NCBI GenBank assembly: GCA_963770835.1
Contig: CAVYRH010000004.1
Coordinates: 352,001 to 416,000, forward strand
Length of the DNA: 64,000 nucleotides
Source of the DNA: an uncultured Pseudomonadota bacterium
Lineage (GTDB): Bacteria > Oederibacteriota > Muellerivitia > Muellerivitales > Muellerivitaceae
Direction: 5' to 3'
Under the pieces are notes generated by a model. That model had not been told where the DNA came from, ran no database searches, and saw only the letters and a list, made by a program, of their open reading frames with translations. A program made the position numbers and the translations under genes. This document shows positions 30,372 to 40,165 of the stretch, in pieces (the first letter of the stretch is position 1; each line of letters begins with the position of its first letter).

Positions 30372-33263
30372 ATGAACTTTTTCTTTCTTTCGCTTTTTGT
30401 GCTTTTGGGTTCCACTTTTTTCGGTCCAACTCCCGCGCAAGCCGCTCCTCCCCTGCTTAAGGTTTCCGGAAACGAAATCGTCACCGCCAGCGGCGGCTGC
30501 ACCGTGCGCTTGACCGGGGTGAATCTAGATTCTTTGGAATGGGACGTACCGCCAGGGGACAATCCGGCCGGCGGCGATGGGGTCCTGACAATGCTGCAGG
30601 AGGCGGTCAAATATTGGAATGTCAATTGCGTCCGCATCCCCCTGGACCAGGACTGGTGGGACGGCAACGCGCAAAGCTCCAGGGGTTCCACCAGCCAATC
30701 GGGATACCAAAGCTTCGTGGACTCCCTCGTGGCCTACTGCAACGCCAACAACATCTATTGCGACCTGGACCTGCAATGGTCCGGCGACGGGCCCACGGGC
30801 TCGGCCACCGGGCAATACTCCATGCCTGATGAGAACAGCCTGGTTTTCTGGGCCAGCGTCGCCGCCCGTTACGCCAACAACCCCTCCGTGCTCTTCGACA
30901 CCTTCAACGAGCCCTACACAACTTCCTGGACCGTCTGGCTGAACGGGGGCACGGCCTCCGAGGGCTTTACCACGCCCGGCCTTCAGTCCATCGTGAACAC
31001 CATCCGGGGCACTACCGCCAGCGCCGGCAGCACCCTGGCCAGCGGCACCAACGCCGAAAACATCTGCATCGTCGGCGGCCAGCAGTATTCCTATTATTAC
31101 GTGGGCATGAGCCCGGTGGTGGATAAGGCCGGGGGCAACGGCATCGTCTACTCGGCCCATATCTACAACAACAAGGGCACCAACACCCCGGCGGGTTGGG
31201 AGTCCAACATCGATACGGCCCTCACCTACGGCCCGGTGTTCATCGAGGAATTCGGGAATTCCGCCAATACCACCGACGGCGGCACTTTCGTGAACAGCGT
31301 GATTACCTTCATGAACGGCACAAACGACAAGAATTACGTCTATGGGGGCATGGCTTGGGACATGGATATCTCGGCGACGCCTCTCCTGCTTTCGGCCTGG
31401 TCCTCAACCCTGTCCGCCCCGGTTTCCACCGGCAGCGGCTGGGTGCTGACGTCTTATGAAGGCCAACAGGTCTATGGCTGGCTGAAGGGACTTACCCATC
31501 CAGGTTGCTCCTCCAGCGGCGCCACGGCGACCCCCACCGCCACGGCGTCCTTCACCAAAACATCCACGCCGACCGCGACCGCGACGGCGACCGCCACAAA
31601 AACCGCCACGGCCACGGTTACCCCCACGAAAACCAGCACTCCCACCAGTACGGCGACCAGCACCGCCTCCAGCACCCCCACCTTTAGCCGGACCAACACT
31701 CCCACGAATACCCCCACCGCCACACCCAGCCATACGGCCACCCCCACGGCCACGAATACCGCCACACCCACCGTGACCAATACGCCCACCAAGACCGCAA
31801 CGAACAGCCCCACGAATACATCGACTTCGACCCCCACTCCAACGTCCACGAATACCCCGATGAACAGCCCAACGAATACGGCTGCCAGCACCGCGACGAA
31901 TACATTGACGGCTACGCCATCAAGTACTCCTACGGGCACGGCCACCAAAACGGCCACGAACACACCCAGCAACAGCCCTACTTCCACCTTCTCCCCAACC
32001 CTTAGCCCTACGCCCACGACTACCCTGCCCAATACGGCGACTTTAACCGCGACATCCACCGCAACCCGTACCGCCACGGCAACCACCACGAATACCGCCA
32101 GCAACAGCCCAACTGCCACCTCCCCATTGACCCCGACCGGGACAGCCACCAACAGCCCCACCGGCACCTCGACGGCAACGGCCACCCATACGCCGACGGT
32201 TACGCCGGCCAATACATTGACGGCTACGCCGTCAAGTACTCCTACGGGCACGGCTACCGCGACGCTGGTCAACACCGGAACCCCGACCAGGACCAGTACC
32301 TTGACCCCCACTTCCACCGCCACGGCTTCGACTACGGCGACCCCTACCCTCACGCGGACGCTAACGCCGGCAAACACAGCTACCGCCACGGCTACGCCTT
32401 CGGCTTCGCCAACTCAAACCGCCACTTCAACGGCGTCGGTGACTCCCACTTTCAGCCCCACGCCGGTGACGGTTTCGGCCTCGCAAGGGTTGAGCCCGCC
32501 GGGTAACTCCATCCAAATTCCGGGGGCTTCCGGGGTACCCATCCAACAGATCCAGGTGAACAATCCCAGCGGCAATCCGGTGACGCTCACCAGTATCACC
32601 CTCTCCGAGACGGGAACCCCTCCCACCGGGATCACATCGATCAATTTATCAGTCAATGGAACGCTTATCGCCACCGCCGCCTTCAGCGGGCCGGACGCCA
32701 CCCTCAGCTTCAACAGCGCCATTCCGGGGGCCAATGGAGCAGTGACCTACGAAGTCACCGCGAACTTCTCCTCCTCTTCACCGGCGGGGAACTATTCCTT
32801 CAGCGCCACGGACGCCACGGGAAGCAACGGCCAGGCCCTTCTCTTTACCGGATTGCCCGTTCCAGGCGCCACGGTCACCATCGCCGCCGCCACGCCGACT
32901 TATACCCCCAGTGCGTCGGCCACCCCAACGACCACTAAAACTTTAACGCCACCGCCGACGGCCACGGCTACCCGGACCCCGGCCCCTCCGGCCAAACCAG
33001 TGCTTTATCCCAACCCCGTTTCCACGGGGGGAGTGGCTCAGCTCAATCCGGGGTTGACGTTTGAATCGAACGTGAGCATCGAGATCTTCACGACCGCCTT
33101 CCGGAAGGTAGCGGATTTAACTTATTACAATGTCCAACCGGGGGTCAGCGTGCCCATTCCTTTGGCCGATGAGTGGGGAACGCCCTTGGCCAACGGCCTT
33201 TACTATGTGGTGGTGCAAACCAACCGGGGCCGGAATATCCTCAAATTGCTGGTCCTGCGGTAA
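30372..33263 (+). CDS. Secreted GH5 glycoside hydrolase with very long Thr/Pro linker, Ig-like domain and C-terminal sorting-like domain
   Basis: Signal peptide; L.GVN, VRIP, FDTFNEP acid/base, HIY, FIEEFG nucleophile; YPNP...TTAFRK...ANGLYY...KLLVLR tail. Confidence 0.9.
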   Translation: MNFFFLSLFVLLGSTFFGPTPAQAAPPLLKVSGNEIVTASGGCTVRLTGVNLDSLEWDVPPGDNPAGGDGVLTMLQEAVKYWNVNCVRIPLDQDWWDGNAQSSRGSTSQSGYQSFVDSLVAYCNANNIYCDLDLQWSGDGPTGSATGQYSMPDENSLVFWASVAARYANNPSVLFDTFNEPYTTSWTVWLNGGTASEGFTTPGLQSIVNTIRGTTASAGSTLASGTNAENICIVGGQQYSYYYVGMSPVVDKAGGNGIVYSAHIYNNKGTNTPAGWESNIDTALTYGPVFIEEFGNSANTTDGGTFVNSVITFMNGTNDKNYVYGGMAWDMDISATPLLLSAWSSTLSAPVSTGSGWVLTSYEGQQVYGWLKGLTHPGCSSSGATATPTATASFTKTSTPTATATATATKTATATVTPTKTSTPTSTATSTASSTPTFSRTNTPTNTPTATPSHTATPTATNTATPTVTNTPTKTATNSPTNTSTSTPTPTSTNTPMNSPTNTAASTATNTLTATPSSTPTGTATKTATNTPSNSPTSTFSPTLSPTPTTTLPNTATLTATSTATRTATATTTNTASNSPTATSPLTPTGTATNSPTGTSTATATHTPTVTPANTLTATPSSTPTGTATATLVNTGTPTRTSTLTPTSTATASTTATPTLTRTLTPANTATATATPSASPTQTATSTASVTPTFSPTPVTVSASQGLSPPGNSIQIPGASGVPIQQIQVNNPSGNPVTLTSITLSETGTPPTGITSINLSVNGTLIATAAFSGPDATLSFNSAIPGANGAVTYEVTANFSSSSPAGNYSFSATDATGSNGQALLFTGLPVPGATVTIAAATPTYTPSASATPTTTKTLTPPPTATATRTPAPPAKPVLYPNPVSTGGVAQLNPGLTFESNVSIEIFTTAFRKVADLTYYNVQPGVSVPIPLADEWGTPLANGLYYVVVQTNRGRNILKLLVLR

Positions 33264-33519
33264 TTACCACTCCGCTTTGAACCGCGACCCGCGGGTTTAA
33301 TAATCCATCCCCGCAATTCCGGGAAATTCCGGTCCCAAGTCAAAAAAGAACCTGCCGGGGGCAGGGATTCGTCAAATTTGCGCCGGGCTTCCGCCAAGGG
33401 GCTTCCTTCTTTCCGGGCTTTTCCCTTACAAAACCACAATAAAACCACGCCTTTTTCTGGAATCAAAATTGCTTTATTCAATCCATATTTCGAATTCAGT
33501 ATTGAGGAGGGGATGATCT

Positions 33520-34590
33520 ATGAAATTATGGACCCTGGTTTTTTTGGCCGCTGTTCTTTTGGGCATACCGCTGGCTTGTACCAAACCTTTTAGCACCCCC
33601 CTATCGCCTTCCTCGGCGCCCCCGGTGGCTTCCGCCACCGCCACTTCAACCCCCACCTCCACCACCACGAACCAGGCCACCGGAACCCCCACCTCAACCG
33701 TCACCTGTTCGCCCACTCCAACCCCCCTGGCCGGGTCGTCCTGGACCTTTCAGACCCTCCCTGGTCTCCAGAGCTGGTGCTCGGTGACCTATGGGAAAGG
33801 AATTTTTGTGGCGATTTCAAAGGCGAGCGCGGTGGCCGCGACATCGCCCGACGGGGTCAATTGGACGGCCCAAAACCTGCCCAGTTCTCAACAATGGGTT
33901 TCGGTGACCTTTGGGAACGGTGTCTTTGTGGCGGTCGCGCAAAACAGCGCGGTGGCGGCAACCTCGCCGGATGGAATCAATTGGACGACCCAAACCCTTC
34001 CTAGTTCCGAAGCCTGGTCTTCGGTGACCTACGGCAACGGGGTCTTTACCGTGGTGAGTTGGTCGGCGGCGGCGGCGACCTCGCCGGACGGGGCCACTTG
34101 GACGGCCCAAACCCTTCCCAGTTCGCAGACCTGGATGTCCGTGGCCTATGGGAATGGGGTCTTTGTGGCGGTTTCTTATGGCGGTCCGGCAGGGGGCGGA
34201 AGCACCGTGGCGGCGACCTCGCCAGACGGGGCTACCTGGGCGGCCCAAACCCTTTCCAGCTCGCAAAGCTGGCAGGGCGTGACCTATGGGAATGGATTGT
34301 TCGTGGCGGTTTCGGGTGTGAGCAGCACGGTGGCTGCGACATCGCCGGACGGGGTCAATTGGACGAACCAAACACTTCCCAGCGCACAGGACTGGTATGC
34401 GGTGGGCTATGGGAACGGGACGTTCAAGGTGGTGACTTACGGCGGTTCGGCGGCGGCCACTTCGCCCGATGGAGTTCATTGGACGGCCGAGATCCTTCCC
34501 CTTTACCAGGATTGGATGTCCGTGGCCTACGGGAGCGGGGTCTTCCTGACGGTTGGGGAAAGAGGTACGGTGGCAGCAACGATGCCTTGA
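33520..34590 (+). CDS. Lipoprotein with about 7 tandem ~39-aa AATSPDG.W..QTLP..W..V.YGNG repeats (beta-propeller)
   Basis: Lipobox PLAC; near-identical protein and DNA repeats. Confidence 0.87.
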   Translation: MKLWTLVFLAAVLLGIPLACTKPFSTPLSPSSAPPVASATATSTPTSTTTNQATGTPTSTVTCSPTPTPLAGSSWTFQTLPGLQSWCSVTYGKGIFVAISKASAVAATSPDGVNWTAQNLPSSQQWVSVTFGNGVFVAVAQNSAVAATSPDGINWTTQTLPSSEAWSSVTYGNGVFTVVSWSAAAATSPDGATWTAQTLPSSQTWMSVAYGNGVFVAVSYGGPAGGGSTVAATSPDGATWAAQTLSSSQSWQGVTYGNGLFVAVSGVSSTVAATSPDGVNWTNQTLPSAQDWYAVGYGNGTFKVVTYGGSAAATSPDGVHWTAEILPLYQDWMSVAYGSGVFLTVGERGTVAATMP

Positions 34591-34776
34591 GGGCGTTGCG
34601 CTTAGGATTACTATTTTTACGGCTCGGTGTTCCGCCGCGGAACATCCCTGCCGCTTTCCCGGGGTTTGAAGGGGTATCGTAGGGGGCTTTTCCCCTACGA
34701 GTGCGAAGCACGGGGGGAATGGTATAATTCCTCCGTTGATCTTTTGTAGGAAGAAGAGCCGGTTATACGGGGCCCT

Positions 34777-35178
34777 ATGAAAAATCCATCCTTCCTCGAC
34801 AATTGCCGGTCCAATGGGTTATCGCTCATCGGGGCGGCCCTGATCATGGCCACGATCCTGGGCTCGGCAGCCTGGTACGACCATACCCATCCCCATTATT
34901 GGACCTATGAAACCCATTCCCCGGTGGATGTCAGCCGGCAGGCCATGAAGGATTACCAGGTGGGCCGGTACCAGGAGGCGGAGATGGGCTTCCGGGCCGC
35001 CACCGTTTTGGAACCCACCCGCATGGAGCATTGGTACAACCTGGGGAACGCCTGCTTCAAGCAGGGCAAATACCAGGATGCCATCGTGGCCTACCTGAAG
35101 GCCTATGACCTGGCCCCTTCCGACCCCGATATCCGCTACAACCTGAACCTCGCCTGGCGGCGGATGGCGGGGGGCTAA
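34777..35178 (+). CDS. Membrane-anchored TPR protein
   Basis: N-terminal TM; WYNLGNA.FKQG.Y..AI.AY..A..L.P.D.D..YNL. Confidence 0.82.
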   Translation: MKNPSFLDNCRSNGLSLIGAALIMATILGSAAWYDHTHPHYWTYETHSPVDVSRQAMKDYQVGRYQEAEMGFRAATVLEPTRMEHWYNLGNACFKQGKYQDAIVAYLKAYDLAPSDPDIRYNLNLAWRRMAGG

Positions 35179-35341
35179 AGGTTTTGAGCCCCCCATTTCC
35201 GGCCTGATTGCTTTGGCCATGCCCACCTATTTGGTTTTGATCCCCGCCGCCGTGAGCCTCATGGTTCCCGCAATCTTTAACATATCGATGCCCTTCAAAT
35301 TGAGACTACATTTGTGGTAACATTTTCCTGGAGGTGATTCC

Positions 35342-35575
35342 ATGAAAGTCGCATCAGTCCGTGATTTCAAAACCAAAGCCACCCAATTCCTGAACAGCGA
35401 GGAAGAAGTGGTCGTGACGCGCCACGGCAAGCCCATCGCCGTTTTGACCCACGTTAAATCCAATTCCGTGGATTCACTCCTGTTGGAACTTCGGGCCGTC
35501 CTTAAAAGCGCGGGGATTTCCAAAAAAGAAGCCCTTGCCGCCCTGGAGGAAGCCCGCCAAGAGGTCTACCGTTAA
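35342..35575 (+). CDS. Phd/YefM-family antitoxin
   Basis: SVRDFK, VVVTRHGKPIAVL; GGAGG RBS. Confidence 0.88.
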   Translation: MKVASVRDFKTKATQFLNSEEEVVVTRHGKPIAVLTHVKSNSVDSLLLELRAVLKSAGISKKEALAALEEARQEVYR

Positions 35576-35993
35576 GGTCATCCTGGACGCCAACATATTG
35601 GTTTCGGCGGCTTTCGGCGGGGTGCCGGCGCGGGCAACCGCGAGGGCTTTCCGGGAGGAAGTCTGGACCTGCCCTGAGATCAACCAGGAGCTCCTGGCCC
35701 TCGGGCGCCACCTGCCCAAGCGCCTTTCGCAACAACAGCTTTCCATTTGGAATTCCGCCCTGCTCCCGCTCATTTCGAGGATGAAAATAGGCCAGGCCGG
35801 CCGCCGCCTTTCCTTATCCCGTGACCCGAAGGATGATATCTACCTGTCTTTGGCCCGGGCTGTCCCCGCCGATTTCCTTGTAACGGGCGACAAGGACCTT
35901 CTTTCGATCCGCAAGGAAAAATTGGAGCCGGTTGGTTTGGGAAACTTGGGGGTCGTCACACCCAGGGAATTCCTATCACGGGTTGAGCCGTGA
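35535..35993 (+). CDS. PIN-domain toxin (TIGR00305/PIN_3-like)
   Basis: VILDANILVSA, RDPKDD, ADFLVTGDKDLL, VTPREFL; start codon uncertain. Confidence 0.88.
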   Translation: MPPWRKPAKRSTVKVILDANILVSAAFGGVPARATARAFREEVWTCPEINQELLALGRHLPKRLSQQQLSIWNSALLPLISRMKIGQAGRRLSLSRDPKDDIYLSLARAVPADFLVTGDKDLLSIRKEKLEPVGLGNLGVVTPREFLSRVEP

Positions 35994-36096
35994 AGTGAGA
36001 GCCGCGACTTGTGGTAGTGTCCTAATTTGACCCAGCAAAGCCTGTTTCGGGCTTGATTTTTAGTTCCTTTGGAATGTCAACGAGATAAAATTTCAA

Positions 36097-36278
36097 CGGA
36101 ACTATGTACTTGGCACAGCAACCCAATAAACCCTCGCCCCTTGGGGGAGAGGGTAGGGTGAGGGGTGCTTTTAATTAGCTACATCACCCTCACCCCGGCC
36201 CTCTCCCCTCAAGGGAGAGGGAGTAACCACGGCTAAAAGGCCAGTCTTAAAACGTGCTTTGCCAAGTGCATAGTTCCG
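36097..36278. mobile_element. MITE (182 bp) carrying REP-like palindromes
   Basis: 24-bp TIRs CGGAACTATGYACTTGGCAMAGCA (22/24 match); 8-bp TSD AATTTCAA (36089-36096 / 36279-36286); internal CCCTCTCCC..GGGAGAGGG hairpins. Confidence 0.85.
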
Positions 36279-36495
36279 AATTTCAATATGGATTTTCCTA
36301 CAGGTTTTGGAATTTTTCTTGCTGCCTTGGGTGCCGCTTTGACCATTTATCCCATACATAAATGGTCAGAAAAAAGGAGAAAAGCTGTTTCCCTTTGTAT
36401 TCTTGTTGTCTCTATTTTTTTTATTTTGTTATTCCCTGTGATAAAAAATTTTAGGGATTTATATACTTAAATCCCGAAAACAAAAAAAGTTTATT

Positions 36496-36580
36496 AACCG
36501 CCGATGGACGCCGATGAAGCAAAAAAATTCACCCATGGTTTAAGCCGTTATCGGCGTCCATCGGTTGTTGATCGGCGGTT
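36496..36580. repeat. Palindromic 10-nt-period repeat element (accgccgat family)
   Basis: aaccgccgatggacgccgat ... atcggcgtccatcgg...atcggcggtt. Confidence 0.75.
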
Positions 36581-36707
36581 CATAAGTCTTTTAGGGAGCT
36601 AAATAAATAATTCCCCAAAATCCCCTTAATGGCACCTTCTGAAACTCCCAGGTCTAAAATCCGGCTTTGGCCTATAATTCAGTATTCCATCCGCTAAAGG
36701 TGCGTTT

Positions 36708-37638
36708 GTGCGCTTAAAGTATTTCCGTTTCCTATTGGCCGTTCCCTTGGTTTTGACAGGGATGGCAGGCAAGGCGGTTTCAAAACCCGTGTCGAAAACC
36801 TTCCAAAATCCCATCCTCACCGGCTTCCATCCCGACCCCAGCGTTTGCCGGGTGGGGGAGGATTTTTACCTCACGAACTCCACCTTCGAGTTCTTCCCGG
36901 GCCTTCCCATCTACCACAGCCGCGACCTGGTCCATTGGGATCAGGTCGGCAACGCCTTGGACCGGCCCAGCCAGCTTCCCCTTAAGGGGGCGACGGACTC
37001 CGGCGGCCTCTACGCGCCGACGCTGCGCTATTGGAAGGGGACCTTCTACCTGGTCTGCGATAACGTCAGCGGGGGAGGGAATTTCATCGTCACCGCCAAG
37101 GACCCGGCGGGCCCCTGGTCCGAACCGGTCTGGGTGAACGACTACGGGATCGACGGCTCCCTATTCTTCGACGATGACGGGAAGATCTATTACCACCGGG
37201 CGGGCGCCGACAACGGGAACGGCATTTCCCAGGGGGAATTGGACCCTTCCACCCTGAAGCTCAAGGCACCCTTGAGGAAGATCTGGGAATATCCGGGCGA
37301 ATGGAACGAAGGCCCCCATCTCTATAAGGTCAACGGGACCTACTATCTGATTTCCGCGACCGGCGGCACCGAAAGCCACCACCAGGAAGTCGTGGCCCGA
37401 TCCAAAAGCCCTTGGGGCCCCTTCGAATCCAGCCCCCACAACCCGATGCTGACCGAGCGTGACGACCTGAAAAGCCCCATCCAATGCGCCGGCCACGCAG
37501 ACCTGTTCAACGCCCCCGATGGAACCTGGTGGGCGGTTTTCCTGGGGACTAGGCCCCAAGACGGAATGTCCGTGCTGGGCCGGGAGACCTTCCTGGCGCC
37601 GGTGGAGTGGACGAAGGATGGCTGGCCCATCGTGGGCA
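36708..37638 (+). CDS. GH43 beta-xylosidase/arabinofuranosidase, exon 1 (catalytic propeller)
   Basis: NPIL.GFHPDPS, YAPTLRY, IDGSLFFD, EGPHLYK, GHADL, GRETFLAPVEW; interrupted by a group II intron. Confidence 0.9.
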
Positions 37639-38439
37639 TCGTGCCAGAGGAGGGTTTGCAGAGCCAGCAGGTGAGGGAGTAGGCCGATGAGGGTCAACCC
37701 AAGTCCTGACCAGGTAATCACCAGAGAGCCTGGAAGTCAGCCCCCGGCGTAGGATCGAGAGGTCCTGCCCGAAACGGGGTCATAAACCTCATTTAGTGAG
37801 GGAACAATCCAGCAGTCCGCAACATCAAGTGAATCCTGCCGCTTCGTGAATGGGACACCGAAAGGTGCAAGGGGATGCCGAGCCGCGTGTCTACTGGCGA
37901 AGGCCACGATCCCGCTGAAGAATCTGGTAGCAAGCGGGGCAAGTCCTCCGGAGTATGGGGAACGGAATGTTGGAAAGGCTATGCAAGCAAGCTGGGAGAT
38001 CCTACCCGCCAAAAGACTTGCCGCTATAAGGCTAAAACCGAAAAGAGGCAAGGGTGGGAGGAAGTCGGAGGGGGTCACAGTACCGATGAAGGGGTGGACA
38101 ACAAAACCACCCTGAGGGAAGGACCCCTGCTTCAACCATGTGTCTCAAAGAAGGTAGGCGCTGGAGCATGCCCCAAAAAGGGCCAACAACTCTGTAGTAC
38201 CAAAGCGCGAGGCCTTTGACAACAGGCACTATGCCGAGCGGCCAAGGGGGAAGTCGAACCTGTAAAGCCGCCGGAGGAGAGGTTGTCGGAAAGCCGTATG
38301 ATCGAAAAGGTCACGTACGGTTTGACGAGGGGGCGCTGGAAACGAAGTGATGAGGGAACCTCGTTGGGGCACGGAACCGGAAACGGGGAAACAGATCAAG
38401 GAACCCTCTGCACACCATCGCGCCAGTGCTCTACTCTGC
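37639..38439 (+). mobile_element. ORF-less group II intron (IIB-like), 801 nt
   Basis: DV AAGCCGTATGATCGAAAAGGTCACGTACGGTTT (38291-38323); DVI stem with bulged A38433; EBS1 TGTCTAC (37888-94) pairs with exon GTGGGCA; EBS2 ATGGG (37850-54) pairs with CCCAT; removal restores the frame. Confidence 0.92.
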
Positions 38440-39611
38440 AGGACCATCACGTGGCTTTGGAAATGGAAGCGCCCAAGCTCCCACCACCCCCTCGTATGCC
38501 GAAGCCCGGCGACCGTGAGAACTTCAGCGCAAGGGGGTTGGGGCCCAGGTGGCTCCATATCCGCAATTTCGACCCGAAGAATTTCTCGTTTGAGGAGCGC
38601 GAAGGCTACCTGCGTATTCGGGCCGCGAAGGATAGCCTCGACAACCGTTGGGAAGGACCGGCTTTCGTGGGCCAACGCCAACCCGCTTTCCGTTTCACCG
38701 CCCGCACCGAAATGGAATTCGCTCCCCAACAAGACGGGGAAGAAGCGGGTCTTTGCGTGAGGGCCAACGAGGGCAACCATTACGAGATCGGCATAAGGAA
38801 GTTCGAAGGGAAGACCCAGCTATTCGTGCGCAACCGGATTATGAACCGGGAATATCTGATGGCCCAAGAGCCGGTGGCCTTAGGCCCGGTCCAATTGGAG
38901 ATATCGGGGTCCGAGGAGAAGTACCAGTTCGCCTGGTCCGCCGACGGCAAAACCTGGTCCACCCTCGCGGTTTGCCCCACCGCCGACCTTTCCCGGGAAA
39001 AAGCCGGGGGCTTTACCGGTACCACCCTCGGCCTCTACGCCACCGCCAACGGTAGGGATTCCCAGGCCTACGCGGATTTCGAGTGGTTTGAACTGCGTCC
39101 CGGTGTTGCCCCCCAACAAGGCCCGCTTACGCGCCGCCCCTCACCGACCCCATTAACCCCCTCGGACCATTGGCGAATCCTCACGAACCGGGAGGACTAC
39201 CGGGACAAGGCGGGTCTGGATTGGTCCTGGGATGTGGGTTATTCGGGAGGTGAGACCAACCGGAGCTGGGGGGGTATCGGGGGGGCCACGGACCAGGAGC
39301 TTTTCCAGCACGAGCGCTTCGGCAAGGATTTCAGCTATACCCTTCCCGTCTTGCCGGGCAAGTACCAGGTCCGCCTCAAATTCGTGGAGACGGCCGTGAA
39401 GAACAAGGGGGAAAGGGTCTTCGACGTCCTCATCAACGGGAAAAAGGCCCTGACTGGTTTTGACATCCTCCAAGAGGCGGGTGGCCCCGATAAGGCCCTC
39501 GAGAAGACATTCCGGGACGTCGCCCCCGACGCCCAGGGACAGATCACCCTTCGGTTCATCGCGTCCGCCGGGGACGCCAAGGTCTGCGCCATCGAGATCG
39601 AGCGCCAATAA
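38440..39611 (+). CDS. GH43 exon 2: C-terminal concanavalin-like beta-sandwich plus malectin domain
   Basis: FVGQRQ, EEAGL, GGFTG.T.GLYA; LFQHERFG.DFSY.LPV.PG.Y.VRL.F.E...R.FDV.ING; spliced product 700 aa. Confidence 0.88.
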
Positions 39612-39637
39612 AAAAGGATATTTTTAGGAGGCCTTCC

Positions 39638-39844
39638 GTGGGCACAATTAGTTTGAGACTACCCGAAAACCTTCACCGTTCGGTACGGGCTTTGGCGGGA
39701 AAAGAGCATGTTTCGATCAATCAAATGATAACGTTGGCCCTCGCGGAAAAAATTTCGGCTTTGATGGCCGACGAATATTTGGGCGGCCGGGCCAAGCGCG
39801 GAGTTGGGCCTAAAGGCGGCCAGTGGATCAGTGAAGTATGTTGA
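39638..39844 (+). pseudogene. RHH/HicB-like antitoxin, probably truncated at the C-terminus
   Basis: TISLRLPENLH......E.VSINQ.I..ALAEK; sequence degenerates after RAKRG; no partner toxin. Confidence 0.6.
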
Positions 39845-40040
39845 TGTGGAGACATACCACGGGGACATAAGTGAGGTGGGCTACACCAAATTGAAAGAGC
39901 CGTTCCATTATCAAAAGGAATTCCGGTTGTCCCTAACATTCAATGACACCGCACCAGACGAATATATCCTTGATATTGGTTCTATTAGAGACATTGCCGA
40001 AACACAACTCCTGATCCAACCAAAAGCGGTGGTGGATTGA
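39804..40040 (+). pseudogene. C-terminal fragment of an unrelated hypothetical protein
   Basis: Lower GC; K...F.YQKEFR and LDIGSIRDIA motifs; no credible start. Confidence 0.45.
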
Positions 40041-40165
40041 TGCAGGAGAACAATCGTAAACAAAGGATCAGGACTGTAGTTTGCACTTTTCCCACTACCC
40101 GCAATGTTTTGTTTGAACAAACCGATATTTTGACCCAACTATTTTGACCCAACGCCGACATCCGA

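Noticed and set aside
33760..34560. Regularly spaced ~117-bp DNA repeats resembling a CRISPR array
   Set aside because: In-frame protein repeats with synonymous variation, no unique spacers, no cas genes
34660..34720. Hairpin TCGTAGGGG..CCCCTACGA and a similar stem at 27082-27134
   Set aside because: Single copies in the window; probably generic REP-like or terminator-like stems, not assignable
36288..36470. 60-aa AT-rich two-TM ORF next to the MITE
   Set aside because: No recognisable family or RBS; possibly a remnant, not supportable as a gene
37737..38438. Short ORFs inside the insert and the first 52 codons of ORF 38283-39611
   Set aside because: They overlay ribozyme domains I-VI; no RT motifs or coding character
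37641..38441. Alternative intron boundaries GTGCC...GCAG (GT-AG-like), also 801 nt and in frame
   Set aside because: Puts the branch A 9 nt from the end, and needs EBS1=GATGCC (37874-79), which lies before the EBS1 hairpin rather than in its loop. 37639-38439 fits EBS1, EBS2 and DVI together.
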